A DNA stretch of 64,000 nucleotides from Spartobacteria bacterium (GTDB taxonomy: Bacteria > Verrucomicrobiota > Verrucomicrobiia > Chthoniobacterales > UBA10450), in assembly GCA_003169695.1 (NCBI GenBank), contig PNAS01000027.1, forward strand, positions 40,488-104,487. Reading direction: 5' to 3'. The stretch's first letter is position 1. Each line of letters begins with the position of its first letter. A program made the position numbers and the translations under genes. Positions 55,411 to 64,000 of the stretch are shown piece by piece. Below the pieces are notes generated by a model. That model ran no database searches and was not told the DNA's origin. It saw nothing but the letters and a program-made list of their open reading frames with translations.

Positions 55411-55557
55411 GGCGACCGGCTTTGCTTTCGTCGTACCCAAGGCGCTCCGTCGCCGTGCCTGTCTCCACATGAAAGCGGTCCGACAAAGCGGGGCGGCTCC
55501 AGCGTTCGCCACCCTCACGTGTTTATGAGCTGGCGGTAGTGTGTAAGTTGATTGCCC

Positions 55558-56043
55558 ATGTTCGCAGCATCCGATCTCAGTAACTCAACCAAAGCGGAGC
55601 TCTATCGCGAGCTGGCGGCGCAATGCCGGGCTCTGATCGACGATGAGACCGATCCGATTGCGAACATGGCAAACTGCGCGGCGCTGATTTTCAATTCGGT
55701 TCCGCGCTTGAACTGGGCGGGCTTTTATTTGTTGAAAGGTGGCGAACTGGTTCTGGGCCCGTTCCAAGGACGGCCGGCCTGCGTCCGAATCGCGATCGGG
55801 CACGGCGTCTGCGGGACCGCGGCGGAAAGTCATTCAACGCTTCGAGTCGCGGACGTGACGAAATTTCCTGGGCACATCGCTTGCGACAGCGCGTCGAGAT
55901 CGGAAATCGTGGTGCCGCTCCTGACCGACGATTCTCACCTTATCGGCGTGCTCGACGTCGACAGCTCGGAATTGGATCGCTTTGATGCGGAGGATGAGGC
56001 GGGCCTCTCGGCCCTCGCCAAGATCATCGCCCGCAAGGTCTAG
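55558..56043 (+). CDS. msrC: GAF protein, free methionine-R-sulfoxide reductase-like
   Basis: NWAGFY, LGPFQG..AC, GVCG, HIACD..SRSEIVVP and LDVDS motifs. Confidence 0.9.
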   Translation: MFAASDLSNSTKAELYRELAAQCRALIDDETDPIANMANCAALIFNSVPRLNWAGFYLLKGGELVLGPFQGRPACVRIAIGHGVCGTAAESHSTLRVADVTKFPGHIACDSASRSEIVVPLLTDDSHLIGVLDVDSSELDRFDAEDEAGLSALAKIIARKV

Positions 56044-56243
56044 CTACGCCTTTTCCTCCGCCTCTTCACCGTGGTCGACAATGTCATCGCTCTCGAAGAG
56101 CACGCCCGCGCAATCTCACGCCACAGCGGCTTCGATCGCAAAAGCCGTTCGAGATCCATCGCGAAATGTTTGAATTCTTCCTTCGGTGCATTCCGCACGA
56201 TGGCGCGTGCGCTCGTTCTTCCCGAGCGAATTCCGCTGCTCAT
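56040..56243 (-). CDS. Possible small basic hypothetical protein
   Basis: 67-aa ORF filling a gap, with GGAGG about 12 nt upstream; no recognisable motif. Confidence 0.3.
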   Translation of the reverse strand: MSSGIRSGRTSARAIVRNAPKEEFKHFAMDLERLLRSKPLWREIARACSSRAMTLSTTVKRRRKRRS

Positions 56244-56331
56244 ATCAATTGATCGCCTCCGCTTTTTCCGTTAACGAAACGATCATGTGCGCGTCTCAGC
56301 GGAAAGTTCGCTCGCGGGCTCATGATATTGT

Positions 56332-57369
56332 TCAAATTCCATTATTTCTCTTTTCTTTTCGCCAGGAGATGTTTGACACCCTTTCCGGGACTGTTTTTTC
56401 ATCTGCCAATTGCGCATCGCGAAATCGCCGCAACGAGTGCGTCGCGAGACTCTCGTCAAAAAGATCGCGATTGATCGCCTGCGCGGCAGCGGCGCCCTGA
56501 CCGGCAGCGATTATCATCTGGCAATTCGCCGGCGTCACACACCCAGCGGCGTAAAGTCCCGGCACACTTGTGCGCATGCATTGATCGACTTTGATCTGGC
56601 CGTGTGCGTCCAGTTTCGCGCCCAGCTTTTCGGCCAGCCCGGTGTGAAAAATATCGCCGCGCGTGGTGAAAATGTAGTTGATCTTCACGCACGTCCCGCC
56701 CGCGAAATCAAGCGCGTGAATCTTGCGCTTCCGATGGTCAACGTTGATGATGCGGTTGCGCTCCACTGGGATTTCATATTCGGCTAGCCAGCGTGCATGC
56801 CGCTTGTGCCAACGGGGTTGCTTGCCGTTCGTCGCCACAATTACGCACGCGGAATAATGCAACATCCCGAGCGCGTACTCGACCGCTTCGTTGTTCACGC
56901 CAATGATCGCGATCCGTTTTCCGCGCACCCGAAATCCGTCGCAGTCTTTGCAAAAAAACATGCTGTGGCCGAGGCATTCCGTTACGCCGGGAATCTCCGG
57001 GGGCAGATGAAAAATTCCCGTGGCGAGGAGCAGCCGTTTCGCGCGGTAGGTTTTGTTCTTCCCCTTCAGAACAAAGCCCGACTTTTTCGAGGAGACCGTT
57101 CTGATCTCATCGTGCGCGAAACGCACATTGTGCCGTCTTGCTTGTCGACATCCGTTCTTCAAAAGCTCTTCGCCTCCGACACCGTTTGGAAAACCGAGAT
57201 AGTTCTCCACGATCGGCTCCCATTTCGCCATCGAGTGTCCTGAATCGATCACGAGCGTGTCGCGTTGCGCGCGCCCGAGGTAAATCGCGGCGGACAAGCC
57301 CGCAATGCCACCGCCGATAATAGTGACTTCGCGGGTTTGGGGATCGTCGAGGTCTTTGTGCTGGATCAT
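56332..57369 (-). CDS. Thioredoxin-reductase-like FAD/NAD(P) oxidoreductase
   Basis: IIGGGIAGLSAA, NYLGFP, LLLATG, CKDCDG and TSVPGLYAAG; start placed at ATG 57369. Confidence 0.88.
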   Translation of the reverse strand: MIQHKDLDDPQTREVTIIGGGIAGLSAAIYLGRAQRDTLVIDSGHSMAKWEPIVENYLGFPNGVGGEELLKNGCRQARRHNVRFAHDEIRTVSSKKSGFVLKGKNKTYRAKRLLLATGIFHLPPEIPGVTECLGHSMFFCKDCDGFRVRGKRIAIIGVNNEAVEYALGMLHYSACVIVATNGKQPRWHKRHARWLAEYEIPVERNRIINVDHRKRKIHALDFAGGTCVKINYIFTTRGDIFHTGLAEKLGAKLDAHGQIKVDQCMRTSVPGLYAAGCVTPANCQMIIAAGQGAAAAQAINRDLFDESLATHSLRRFRDAQLADEKTVPERVSNISWRKEKRNNGI

Positions 57370-57430
57370 ATGAGTTCGACGAGGAATCGCGCAGGACGTC
57401 ACGGTAAGATGCCTTTACTGGAAAGGCATT

Positions 57431-57499
57431 TGTAGCCGCGGCGCTCTGTCGCTGCGTGAATCGAAGCACGACGCGCCGATAGAAGCGCCGGCGGCTACA
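57431..57499. repeat. GTAG-type REP doublet downstream of the ACIII/cco operon
   Basis: TGTAGCCGCGGCGCTCTGTCG (57431-57451) and inverted TGTAGCCGCCGGCGCTTCTATCG (57477-57499). Confidence 0.75.
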
Positions 57500-57510
57500 T
57501 AAACGGGATG

Positions 57511-58296
57511 CTACGCTTTTGGAGGAGCTGGCGCGGCGCTGGCTTGGGGGTTCGGCGGCTCGCCTGGTTTCGTGGCAGGCGCCTCGCCGCCTGGAAGATT
57601 TGCGTCCTCTGGAACGGCTTTCAGGTCGGGCTCGGTAAAGGAATCAGGATGGTTCGCAAGCTCTTTACGAAGGGCAGCGATGGCTTCCGGTGTCACAGGC
57701 CCGCCCTTGTTCCCCCACTCCTGGCGGATGAAGGTGAGAACGTCGGAGATCTTGGCATCGGTCAGCGTTTTCTCCCATGGCTGCATCACTGCGGAGCCGA
57801 ACGCCATTCCTTTGACAGTGAGCGGGCCTTGCAGGCCTTTCAGCACGATCATGCCTAGCCGACGGGTGCCACCATTCACGTATTCTGACCCAGCCAGCGG
57901 CGGATATTGGCCGGCGACACCAGTGCCGCTCATCTGATGACAGGTGGCGCAATTCGCCGAGAAAATCTTTTTGCCGCGGTCGGCTGGTGAGAGCTCGGCT
58001 GTTTGAGCTCCACCGCCCGGGCCGGTCGCTCCAGATTTGGTCGGACGCGGTGCGCCGCCGAACGGATCAAGACCATCGCCGCTGAAATTTCCGGAATAGC
58101 GCCCGAGGTAAGCGCCGCCAAAAAAGATGGCAAGCCCGTAGATCGCAATCAACCAGAGTGAGAGAGGCTCGAGTCCGACGGCCGGTTCCCGCTTTTCGCG
58201 CTGGATGGCGGCGTGAACCTGATGGACATCCTCGGTTTCACCATAGTCCATCCCCTGCCGGACCCTGCGCTCTGGAGCGGGTGAGTTCTCGTTCAT
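57511..58296 (-). CDS. Membrane-anchored monoheme cytochrome c
   Basis: TM (LWLIAIYGLAIFFGG), CATCH, YPPLAGSE and distal Met (VMQPW); ATG overlaps the ccoO-like stop. Confidence 0.9.
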   Translation of the reverse strand: MNENSPAPERRVRQGMDYGETEDVHQVHAAIQREKREPAVGLEPLSLWLIAIYGLAIFFGGAYLGRYSGNFSGDGLDPFGGAPRPTKSGATGPGGGAQTAELSPADRGKKIFSANCATCHQMSGTGVAGQYPPLAGSEYVNGGTRRLGMIVLKGLQGPLTVKGMAFGSAVMQPWEKTLTDAKISDVLTFIRQEWGNKGGPVTPEAIAALRKELANHPDSFTEPDLKAVPEDANLPGGEAPATKPGEPPNPQASAAPAPPKA

Positions 58297-59345
58297 TTCG
58301 CCTCCTTCGTCGGCGCTGGCGCTGGTGATGCGGAGGAGGCCGCCGGTGAAGGAGCGGGTGCAGATGAGGGTGGCGCGGCTGTCGCTTTCACTTCTTTCAA
58401 GGCGTGTGATTGGTCGAGCGACATCAGATACGCGACGAGACATTTCGCATCGTAGGTCGGCACCACTTCCCAACCTGCCGGAACTGCATCTCGCTCACCC
58501 AACTTCAAAGCATCGGCCGCCCGTTCGCCGCTGATGGGTCGTTTCTCATAGAGGAAATGATAAGCCGGCATGTTGGAATCCAGGACAAGGCTGCGCGGAC
58601 TGTAAAGGTGACGATGATGCCACGCTGCAGTGTAGGGAGGCGGCGTGCCATTGGCGGTGGCGGTTGTGCCGGCCAGGGTCGCGGCATTCGCTGCGGGATT
58701 CGGAGAAGCTGCGGTCATAGCAGGACTTACCGAAGCAGGAGCGGGAGATGTTACGGCGGCGACCTTTGCGGGTGAAATGGCCGGCGAAGCAGCGGCAACA
58801 ACCGGCGATGGAGAAGGCGCGGCAGTAGTTGCGGCGGAAGTTGCCGGAGGCGCGGACGCCGCGGGCGCCGGAGGTGTTGACGGAGAAGCTCCGGGCGCGG
58901 GATTGCTCGCAGGTGATGCTTGAGGTGTCGTCGGGCCAGCCGGGGTTGGGTTCCCGGCAGGCGAGGCGTTTTCCTCCTCAACTGGCGCGCGTTTTCCAAT
59001 GTTCGACAAGTCCGGTCCCAACCTCATTTTGCCCAGCATAATGGGGCGTTCGAAGAGATAATCACGCGGCGCGCTGCGACGCTCACCCCATTTGCGATCG
59101 ATGTCCGAAGCCGCGTAATCGGCGCGCACTTGCTGGCTATGACAGTAAACGCAGCCATTCGCGGCATAAATTCGACGGCCACGGTCGGCCATTCCCGACT
59201 TCGGCGCGGGATAAGGGTCATTTCCGTCTTCGTCCATTTGCGGATCGAGGTGCCCGATTTGGTAATTCGGAATGAGGATCAGCCCCGTCCATGAGAAAGC
59301 GAACGTGCCGAAGATCCCCAGAAAGAGCGCTACGATCCCCTTCAT
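58293..59345 (-). CDS. cbb3-type subunit II-like (CcoO) monoheme cytochrome c with long Pro/Ala insertion
   Basis: GR.IY..NGCVYCHSQQVR, RLGPDL and WH..HLY.PR....SNMPAY motifs. Confidence 0.88.
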   Translation of the reverse strand: MKGIVALFLGIFGTFAFSWTGLILIPNYQIGHLDPQMDEDGNDPYPAPKSGMADRGRRIYAANGCVYCHSQQVRADYAASDIDRKWGERRSAPRDYLFERPIMLGKMRLGPDLSNIGKRAPVEEENASPAGNPTPAGPTTPQASPASNPAPGASPSTPPAPAASAPPATSAATTAAPSPSPVVAAASPAISPAKVAAVTSPAPASVSPAMTAASPNPAANAATLAGTTATANGTPPPYTAAWHHRHLYSPRSLVLDSNMPAYHFLYEKRPISGERAADALKLGERDAVPAGWEVVPTYDAKCLVAYLMSLDQSHALKEVKATAAPPSSAPAPSPAASSASPAPAPTKEAK

Positions 59346-60850
59346 AGGCGCGCCTCGAGGGCCTCCCCTTCCTGTGGATTGAGGAATGTCGGAACACTCG
59401 CCGTCCGGCCCAAACCAAGAAGCATCAGGCCGAAGTGAAATGCGAAAACGAAATGCGCGACGGTCAAAAGCAAACCGGAAACGCTGCGGCCCCGCAGATA
59501 CGGCAGAATCGACTCAGTGCTCTCACTGAAAGCAATCGACGGATCATGCATGCTGGCTCCCTGCGAAAGACCACCGGCGAGCAGCATCAGCACCATCAAA
59601 CCGACACCATACGTCGAGGACCAGAAGTGGAGTTTAATCAGCGAGGCGTAACGCCATTCACGCCCGACCAATCGCGGCACGATGTAATACATCGAGCCGA
59701 ACATGATCATGGTAAAGAACGCGTACAATCCCATGTGAGAATAGGCGATGCTTGCCTCGGTGAAGTGCACATAACCGGCAACCGAACGGAGTGAGAGCAA
59801 CACGCCGACCAGGCTGAAGACGGTGTACGAAATCGCGCCGAAGACCGTGAAGCGCAGCGTCGGGCTATAACGAAGCAGACCAAAGTACCCGCGCATCGTC
59901 ATGTGATGATTCAGCCCGACGGTCGCCACCGGGATGATGGTGAGAATCGTGGCTGCGATACTGGCGGTGATCATCCACGCGGGAAACGGTCCGTCGACTA
60001 GCCGTTGCATTCCGGTCCAGCTCGCGAAAAGCGCATAAGTCCAAAATCCGATTGCCGCCAGATGATAACTGTAGACCGGGCGCCCGATCACTTTCGGAAT
60101 CATGTAATACGCGGTGCCGAGTCCGATCGCGCCGAACCAGAGGAAAAGAAGATTATTTGCGAACCACCACGTCACCGCTTCCTGCATCACACCCTGTAGA
60201 GGAACCAGGAAGAGCATGACTTGCGTCGCGCCGTAGACCCACGGGAACCAGAGAAAGGCGCCGAGCAAATACCATTGCGTGATGTAAATGTGGTCGCCGC
60301 GGCGAAAGCGGAACATGAGCATCGCCCAGGAAACGACCAGTGAGTAGGCGACGAAGAGAACGATGGCGGCGTAAGGCGGAAACTCGAGCCATTCATATCC
60401 GGTGCTGTCGCCAGCCAGAATTCCACCCACTCCAAGAAGAACGCCGAGATTCCAGAACGCAGCGCCCCCAATAAGCAGAAGTGGATGGCGCAAAGTGGTG
60501 CGACATAAACGAGCCATCAGCCAGATCGCAGTGCCAATGCCGGCCATCGAGGCCCAACCGTAAACCATCACGTTCATGTGCGCGGGCCGGACGCGACCCC
60601 AGGTGAGAAAGCTGACATTCGCGAGCAAGTCTGGAGCGTGGAGTTTGAAGGAGGTGAATCCGGCCAGCAATGTGCCAAGCAGGAGCCAGACGATCGCGGA
60701 ACCGTAGAAGAACAAAACGGGCAGGCGGGTGGACGCGTCGATCAACGCGCGTTCGACTTGTTCGACCTCACGGATCGTTACGTCCGACTCCGTGCTCGTT
60801 GCAACCGGAACGGTCGTGGGCGGTGTTAGAGGTATGTCAGCGGAATTCAT
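59342..60850 (-). CDS. cbb3-type subunit I-like (CcoN fold) protein lacking binuclear-centre ligands
   Basis: LTWGRVRPAH.N, EWLEFP, IYITQWY, YYMIPK..GRPVYSY.L and YYIVPRL.GRE are CcoN hallmarks; WWFANN, TGMQR and AYSH replace the His motifs; start at ATG 60850. Confidence 0.88.
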   Translation of the reverse strand: MNSADIPLTPPTTVPVATSTESDVTIREVEQVERALIDASTRLPVLFFYGSAIVWLLLGTLLAGFTSFKLHAPDLLANVSFLTWGRVRPAHMNVMVYGWASMAGIGTAIWLMARLCRTTLRHPLLLIGGAAFWNLGVLLGVGGILAGDSTGYEWLEFPPYAAIVLFVAYSLVVSWAMLMFRFRRGDHIYITQWYLLGAFLWFPWVYGATQVMLFLVPLQGVMQEAVTWWFANNLLFLWFGAIGLGTAYYMIPKVIGRPVYSYHLAAIGFWTYALFASWTGMQRLVDGPFPAWMITASIAATILTIIPVATVGLNHHMTMRGYFGLLRYSPTLRFTVFGAISYTVFSLVGVLLSLRSVAGYVHFTEASIAYSHMGLYAFFTMIMFGSMYYIVPRLVGREWRYASLIKLHFWSSTYGVGLMVLMLLAGGLSQGASMHDPSIAFSESTESILPYLRGRSVSGLLLTVAHFVFAFHFGLMLLGLGRTASVPTFLNPQEGEALEARL

Positions 60851-60878
60851 CCGAAGAAATTTAGGTGTTGAAGAGCGC

Positions 60879-61514
60879 TCATGGCGTTTTCGCGCGGACC
60901 GGTAATGGAGTGGCCGGCGCGGAAGGTGAAGGCGATGCGGAAGATGACACTGGCGCCTTAGCCTCGGCGGAAGGTGGAGAAGCGGCTGGAGCGTTAGACG
61001 GACCCGGCTGTGTTCCAGGAGGAGCCGGCCGCGGATTGATGGCACCCGCGGGTTGATTCCGACTCTCGGAATTCGGGCCGGTAATGGAAGTGGGCTTCGG
61101 TGTTCCGCTCGCGCTGGCGGTTGGTGACGGCGCGGGAGGCGCGGTAGCTGGCGCGGCGCCTTGGGGAGATGGATTCGCTGCCGGTGTTGCAATCGGGTTT
61201 GCCGGCGCGGGTGTTTTCTGGGACAGCTCGGCCAGGGTTAACTTCATCGCGTCAGTGATCGGGATACGCACCACCCCTTTGTTCTTATCGACCCAGGCAT
61301 ATGTTGTGAGCGCCTTGGTTGTTTCGTCACGCGTGGCTTGCAATTTCTCGGCACGGACCTTGGCCCGTTTCTTCTCATAGCTGTTTCCGCGCGGCGATGC
61401 GCCAATGACGACCAGCGCCAGCAATCCGAAGAAGGCGAAAAGAAGCACCACTCCGATCCAAGTCGAAAACATGGAGCGTGGCTGGAATTTTTGCGATGGG
61501 TCGTCGTGCGTCAC
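60879..61514 (-). CDS. Alternative complex III subunit ActG-like, with Pro/Ala/Ser/Thr tail
   Basis: Single TM then YAWVDKNKGVVRIPITDAM; directly after actF. Confidence 0.7.
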   Translation of the reverse strand: MTHDDPSQKFQPRSMFSTWIGVVLLFAFFGLLALVVIGASPRGNSYEKKRAKVRAEKLQATRDETTKALTTYAWVDKNKGVVRIPITDAMKLTLAELSQKTPAPANPIATPAANPSPQGAAPATAPPAPSPTASASGTPKPTSITGPNSESRNQPAGAINPRPAPPGTQPGPSNAPAASPPSAEAKAPVSSSASPSPSAPATPLPVRAKTP

Positions 61515-61516
61515 GG

Positions 61517-62719
61517 CTAATTGGTTGTGCGGAGAGATTCAAGGAGGCGGGGATCGCGATTCGGAAAGAGCGACGTCTTGGCGAGAATTCGCAGATAGAA
61601 AAACCCGAGCGTTGCGCCAATTGCGATCAGAGACACGAAATCCCAAATGCTCAGGTGCAGACCGACACCATGCAGCGCTGGCAGAATTACGATATAGATG
61701 TCGACGGCCTGCATGAAGACCAGCCAGCCCGCAATCAGGCAAAGCTGCCGGGCCTTCCTCTTTGGGCTGCGCACAAGCAGAAGGATAAAGGGCACAAAGA
61801 ACCGGCCGATCACCAGGAACAGGCTCAGGCTGTTCCACGATTCGGTATTTCGCCGGATAAAATATTCCGTCTCTTCCGGCATATTGGCGTACCAGATGAG
61901 CATGTATTGGCTGAACCCGATGTAGGCCCAGAAGACGACGAACGAGAGCATCCACTTACCCATGATGTGGTAATGCTCCATCGTGACGATGTCTTTCAAG
62001 TATCCCGCGTTCCGCAAAGCGGTGATGACCAGAACCAGCAAAGACATCGAGCTGCCCGCGGCGCCCGCGAAAATGTAAACGCCCCACATGGTCGAGAACC
62101 AGTGGTAATCCAGCCCTAGGAGCCAATCATAGGCACCGAAAGTGAGCGAGAGCGCAAAAAGCGGCAGGGCGGTGAAAGCGACCCTACGCATCTTCAAGGT
62201 ATACGCGGGATTGCCGTCGCGATCCTGGCGGACCGAGAAACGCCGCAAGAGAAATGCCGCGCCGGTAAAAAATGCGAAATAAAAAATCGCGCGGACGAGA
62301 AAGAAGTGCCAATTCAGGTAGGCGCGCTTGCTGTCGAGAATGGGATCATGTCCGGGAGCGACGTTCATCCACTCATACAGATGATGGCGGAAAATCAGCA
62401 CCGGGATGAAAAACACCGCCATGACCGGTATGAGCATGGCCAGATTTTCCAGTTGTCGCCGCACTACGACCGACCACTCTGCGTCCGTCACATGATGCAC
62501 GATGATCCAGAAAAAGCAGCCGGCCAGGAGCGTAAAGAAAAAGGCAAAGGCAAAAAGCCACGAGAAACTGAATTGGTGGCGATTAACGGAAGCTCCAACG
62601 GCACAAAGCGCCAGGCTGAACAAGCCAACTACAGCCAACAGCAACGACAAACCCGCAAAACGGTTTGTTTCGAAATATTCGCCCTCGGGCACCGGGACGA
62701 AATCAGAACGCTCGCTCAT
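61517..62719 (-). CDS. actF: Alternative complex III subunit ActF
   Basis: AEWSVVVRR, YLN..FF..R, DWL..LD.HWFST.WG and WAYIGFSQYMLIWYANMPEET; start at ATG 62719. Confidence 0.9.
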   Translation of the reverse strand: MSERSDFVPVPEGEYFETNRFAGLSLLLAVVGLFSLALCAVGASVNRHQFSFSWLFAFAFFFTLLAGCFFWIIVHHVTDAEWSVVVRRQLENLAMLIPVMAVFFIPVLIFRHHLYEWMNVAPGHDPILDSKRAYLNWHFFLVRAIFYFAFFTGAAFLLRRFSVRQDRDGNPAYTLKMRRVAFTALPLFALSLTFGAYDWLLGLDYHWFSTMWGVYIFAGAAGSSMSLLVLVITALRNAGYLKDIVTMEHYHIMGKWMLSFVVFWAYIGFSQYMLIWYANMPEETEYFIRRNTESWNSLSLFLVIGRFFVPFILLLVRSPKRKARQLCLIAGWLVFMQAVDIYIVILPALHGVGLHLSIWDFVSLIAIGATLGFFYLRILAKTSLFPNRDPRLLESLRTTN

Positions 62720-63453
62720 TTTTTTGGCGCCTCCGGCTTCGGCTCGGCTTTGGTTTCCGCCGGTTTGTTCAGTTCTGCGCGGCGTTCCGGAGGCACATCC
62801 GCTTCCGTGGCGTTTTGGCTGCGTTGCAACGCGCGGAGATAGGCGATGATTGCCCACCGATCGATGACCATCACGTTCGGTCCGTAGGGCAGCATCGTGT
62901 TCTTGCCGTTGGTAATCGTGTTGAAGATTTCGCCGTCGGCCATTTTTCGAATCCGCTCGTCCTGCAACGAGACGACGGTCGCAAGGCCGTATTGCTTCGT
63001 GATTCCGTCCCCGGCTGCTGTCATCCCGTGACAAACGGCGCAATTGATATTGAACCGCTGTTTCCCCCGCTCCATCAAATCGCCCGTCAACGTCATCGGC
63101 AACCCGGTTCCCCAATTCGCCCCCATCTTGCCAGTGTCGTAATAATCTGTTCCTTCGCTGAACCCGAGACGGGGTTGCGCATTCATCTCGGCAGCGACCG
63201 GCGCCGCACCCGGGCTCGGCTCGCTCGCCTGCGACATTTCGTAACCCATCGGAACTGTGCCGGCGACCGGGACGCGAGCACCACGCCCGTCAGCAAAAAA
63301 TCCGAGCGGCGCTTGCGCACGGACTTTCGGTTGGCGCACCATGTCGGGAAAAACTTCAATGGGCGAACCAGTGCTCTTTTGCCCACGCAAGCCGAAGACG
63401 GCGACGATGGCGACGCCGGTCAGCAGAAAAATGAGGAAGAAGCCGCGGAGCAT
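62716..63453 (-). CDS. actE: Alternative complex III subunit ActE (monoheme cytochrome c)
   Basis: PDMVRQPK, FFADG, PVAGTVP, RG..RF.INCAVCHG, DGEIF..IT.G...M and DRWAII.Y.RALQ; start at ATG 63453. Confidence 0.9.
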   Translation of the reverse strand: MLRGFFLIFLLTGVAIVAVFGLRGQKSTGSPIEVFPDMVRQPKVRAQAPLGFFADGRGARVPVAGTVPMGYEMSQASEPSPGAAPVAAEMNAQPRLGFSEGTDYYDTGKMGANWGTGLPMTLTGDLMERGKQRFNINCAVCHGMTAAGDGITKQYGLATVVSLQDERIRKMADGEIFNTITNGKNTMLPYGPNVMVIDRWAIIAYLRALQRSQNATEADVPPERRAELNKPAETKAEPKPEAPKK

Positions 63454-63455
63454 AT

Positions 63456-64000
63456 TTAGTCTTCGTGGATTATCGTCACATGCTGGCCGCCGCTTTGTTC
63501 CAGAAGTTCGCGTGCCTCCAATTCGGTAAAGCGGGGATCCCGCGCTTCGATCACCAGGAAAAATCCATCGTTGGTCGCACGGCTGAACCGTTGCCAATTG
63601 AAAACCGGGTGATACCAGCGTGGCAGGCCGTTCATGAGGAGCATCGCGAAGAACGCGGAGAAGGCGGAGAAAAGAATAGTGAGCTCAAACATGATCGGGA
63701 AAAACGCCGGCACCGTCGCCCAGTTGGTCGGTTTTCCGTGCACAATCAGCGGGTAAATTAACCAGGATGGCCCGAACTCCAGGACCGCCGCCGTAAGCAA
63801 TCCCGTCGTCCCGCCAGCGAGCACAACGGCGCTGAGCCACGACTTGCCGAGCCCCATCGCTTCATCCATGCCGTGAATCGGAAATGGGGAATGCACGTCC
63901 CAGCGCTTGAACCCTGCGTCGCGCACGCGTTTCGCTGCTTCGTAGAGCGCGGTGGCGCTTGGGTATTCCGCGCCCATTCCGTAGACTTTGTTTCCGGACG
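63456..64000 (-). CDS. actD: Alternative complex III subunit ActD (DUF3341), 5' end outside window
   Basis: DVHSPFPIHGMDEAMG, GKP, PAFFPIMFELTIL, NGLP..YHP.F and DGFFL motifs. Confidence 0.9.
   Translation of the reverse strand, partial: SGNKVYGMGAEYPSATALYEAAKRVRDAGFKRWDVHSPFPIHGMDEAMGLGKSWLSAVVLAGGTTGLLTAAVLEFGPSWLIYPLIVHGKPTNWATVPAFFPIMFELTILFSAFSAFFAMLLMNGLPRWYHPVFNWQRFSRATNDGFFLVIEARDPRFTELEARELLEQSGGQHVTIIHED

Noticed and set aside
55433..55501. Possible degenerate REP doublet (also 43122-43162 and 39890-39970)
   Set aside because: Resembles the 57431 family but is too degenerate to support
59342..60850. Functional cbb3 oxidase, NO reductase or pseudogene call for the CcoN-like ORF
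   Set aside because: The binuclear-site ligands are missing, so it is neither enzyme; the frame is intact and coupled with heme b ligands retained, so there is no evidence for a pseudogene
60851..61192. N-terminal extensions in the ORF track (ccoN-like, ftsZ, mglA, actF, actE, coxC, cytochrome c)
   Set aside because: They overlap upstream genes in another frame; downstream starts fit operon coupling and family N-termini
1..64000. CRISPR array, rRNA, tRNA or IS transposase
   Set aside because: No repeat-spacer periodicity, cloverleaf or transposase motif seen by eye; a covariance-model scan was not possible

Overview
This is a GC-rich chromosomal window that looks like a soil Verrucomicrobium (Chthoniobacterales/Spartobacteria-like). 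That is inferred from the MurC-MurB fusion, a LysM gene inside the dcw cluster and a Verru_Chthon-type minor pilin cassette. In order it holds: the end of an M20 amidohydrolase; a complete dcw cluster (mraZ to ftsZ, minus strand); an exbB-exbD-tonB-like/guaB3/fabF operon; a type IV pilus polarity operon (TPR-MshEN-like protein, PilB, large roadblock protein, MglA, MglB) divergent from four prepilin-like genes; housekeeping and envelope genes; an A-family aa3-type oxidase operon; pilT with a pseudo-HisKA-REC protein; and the 3' half of an alternative complex III (ACIII) operon (actDEFG) running into a ccoN/ccoO/cytochrome c module. The strongest observation is that the CcoN-like protein keeps both low-spin heme b histidines but has lost all CuB ligands, the heme b3 histidine and the cross-link tyrosine. 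It cannot be a normal O2 reductase and may be a repurposed ACIII-coupled electron-transfer module. The nearby aa3 subunit I lacks the K-channel lysine, and FtsZ has a degenerate T7 loop. Several GTAG-type REP doublets and heptamer repeats lie between genes. No rRNA, tRNA, CRISPR array or transposase was seen. All calls come from motif recognition by eye; no searches were run.
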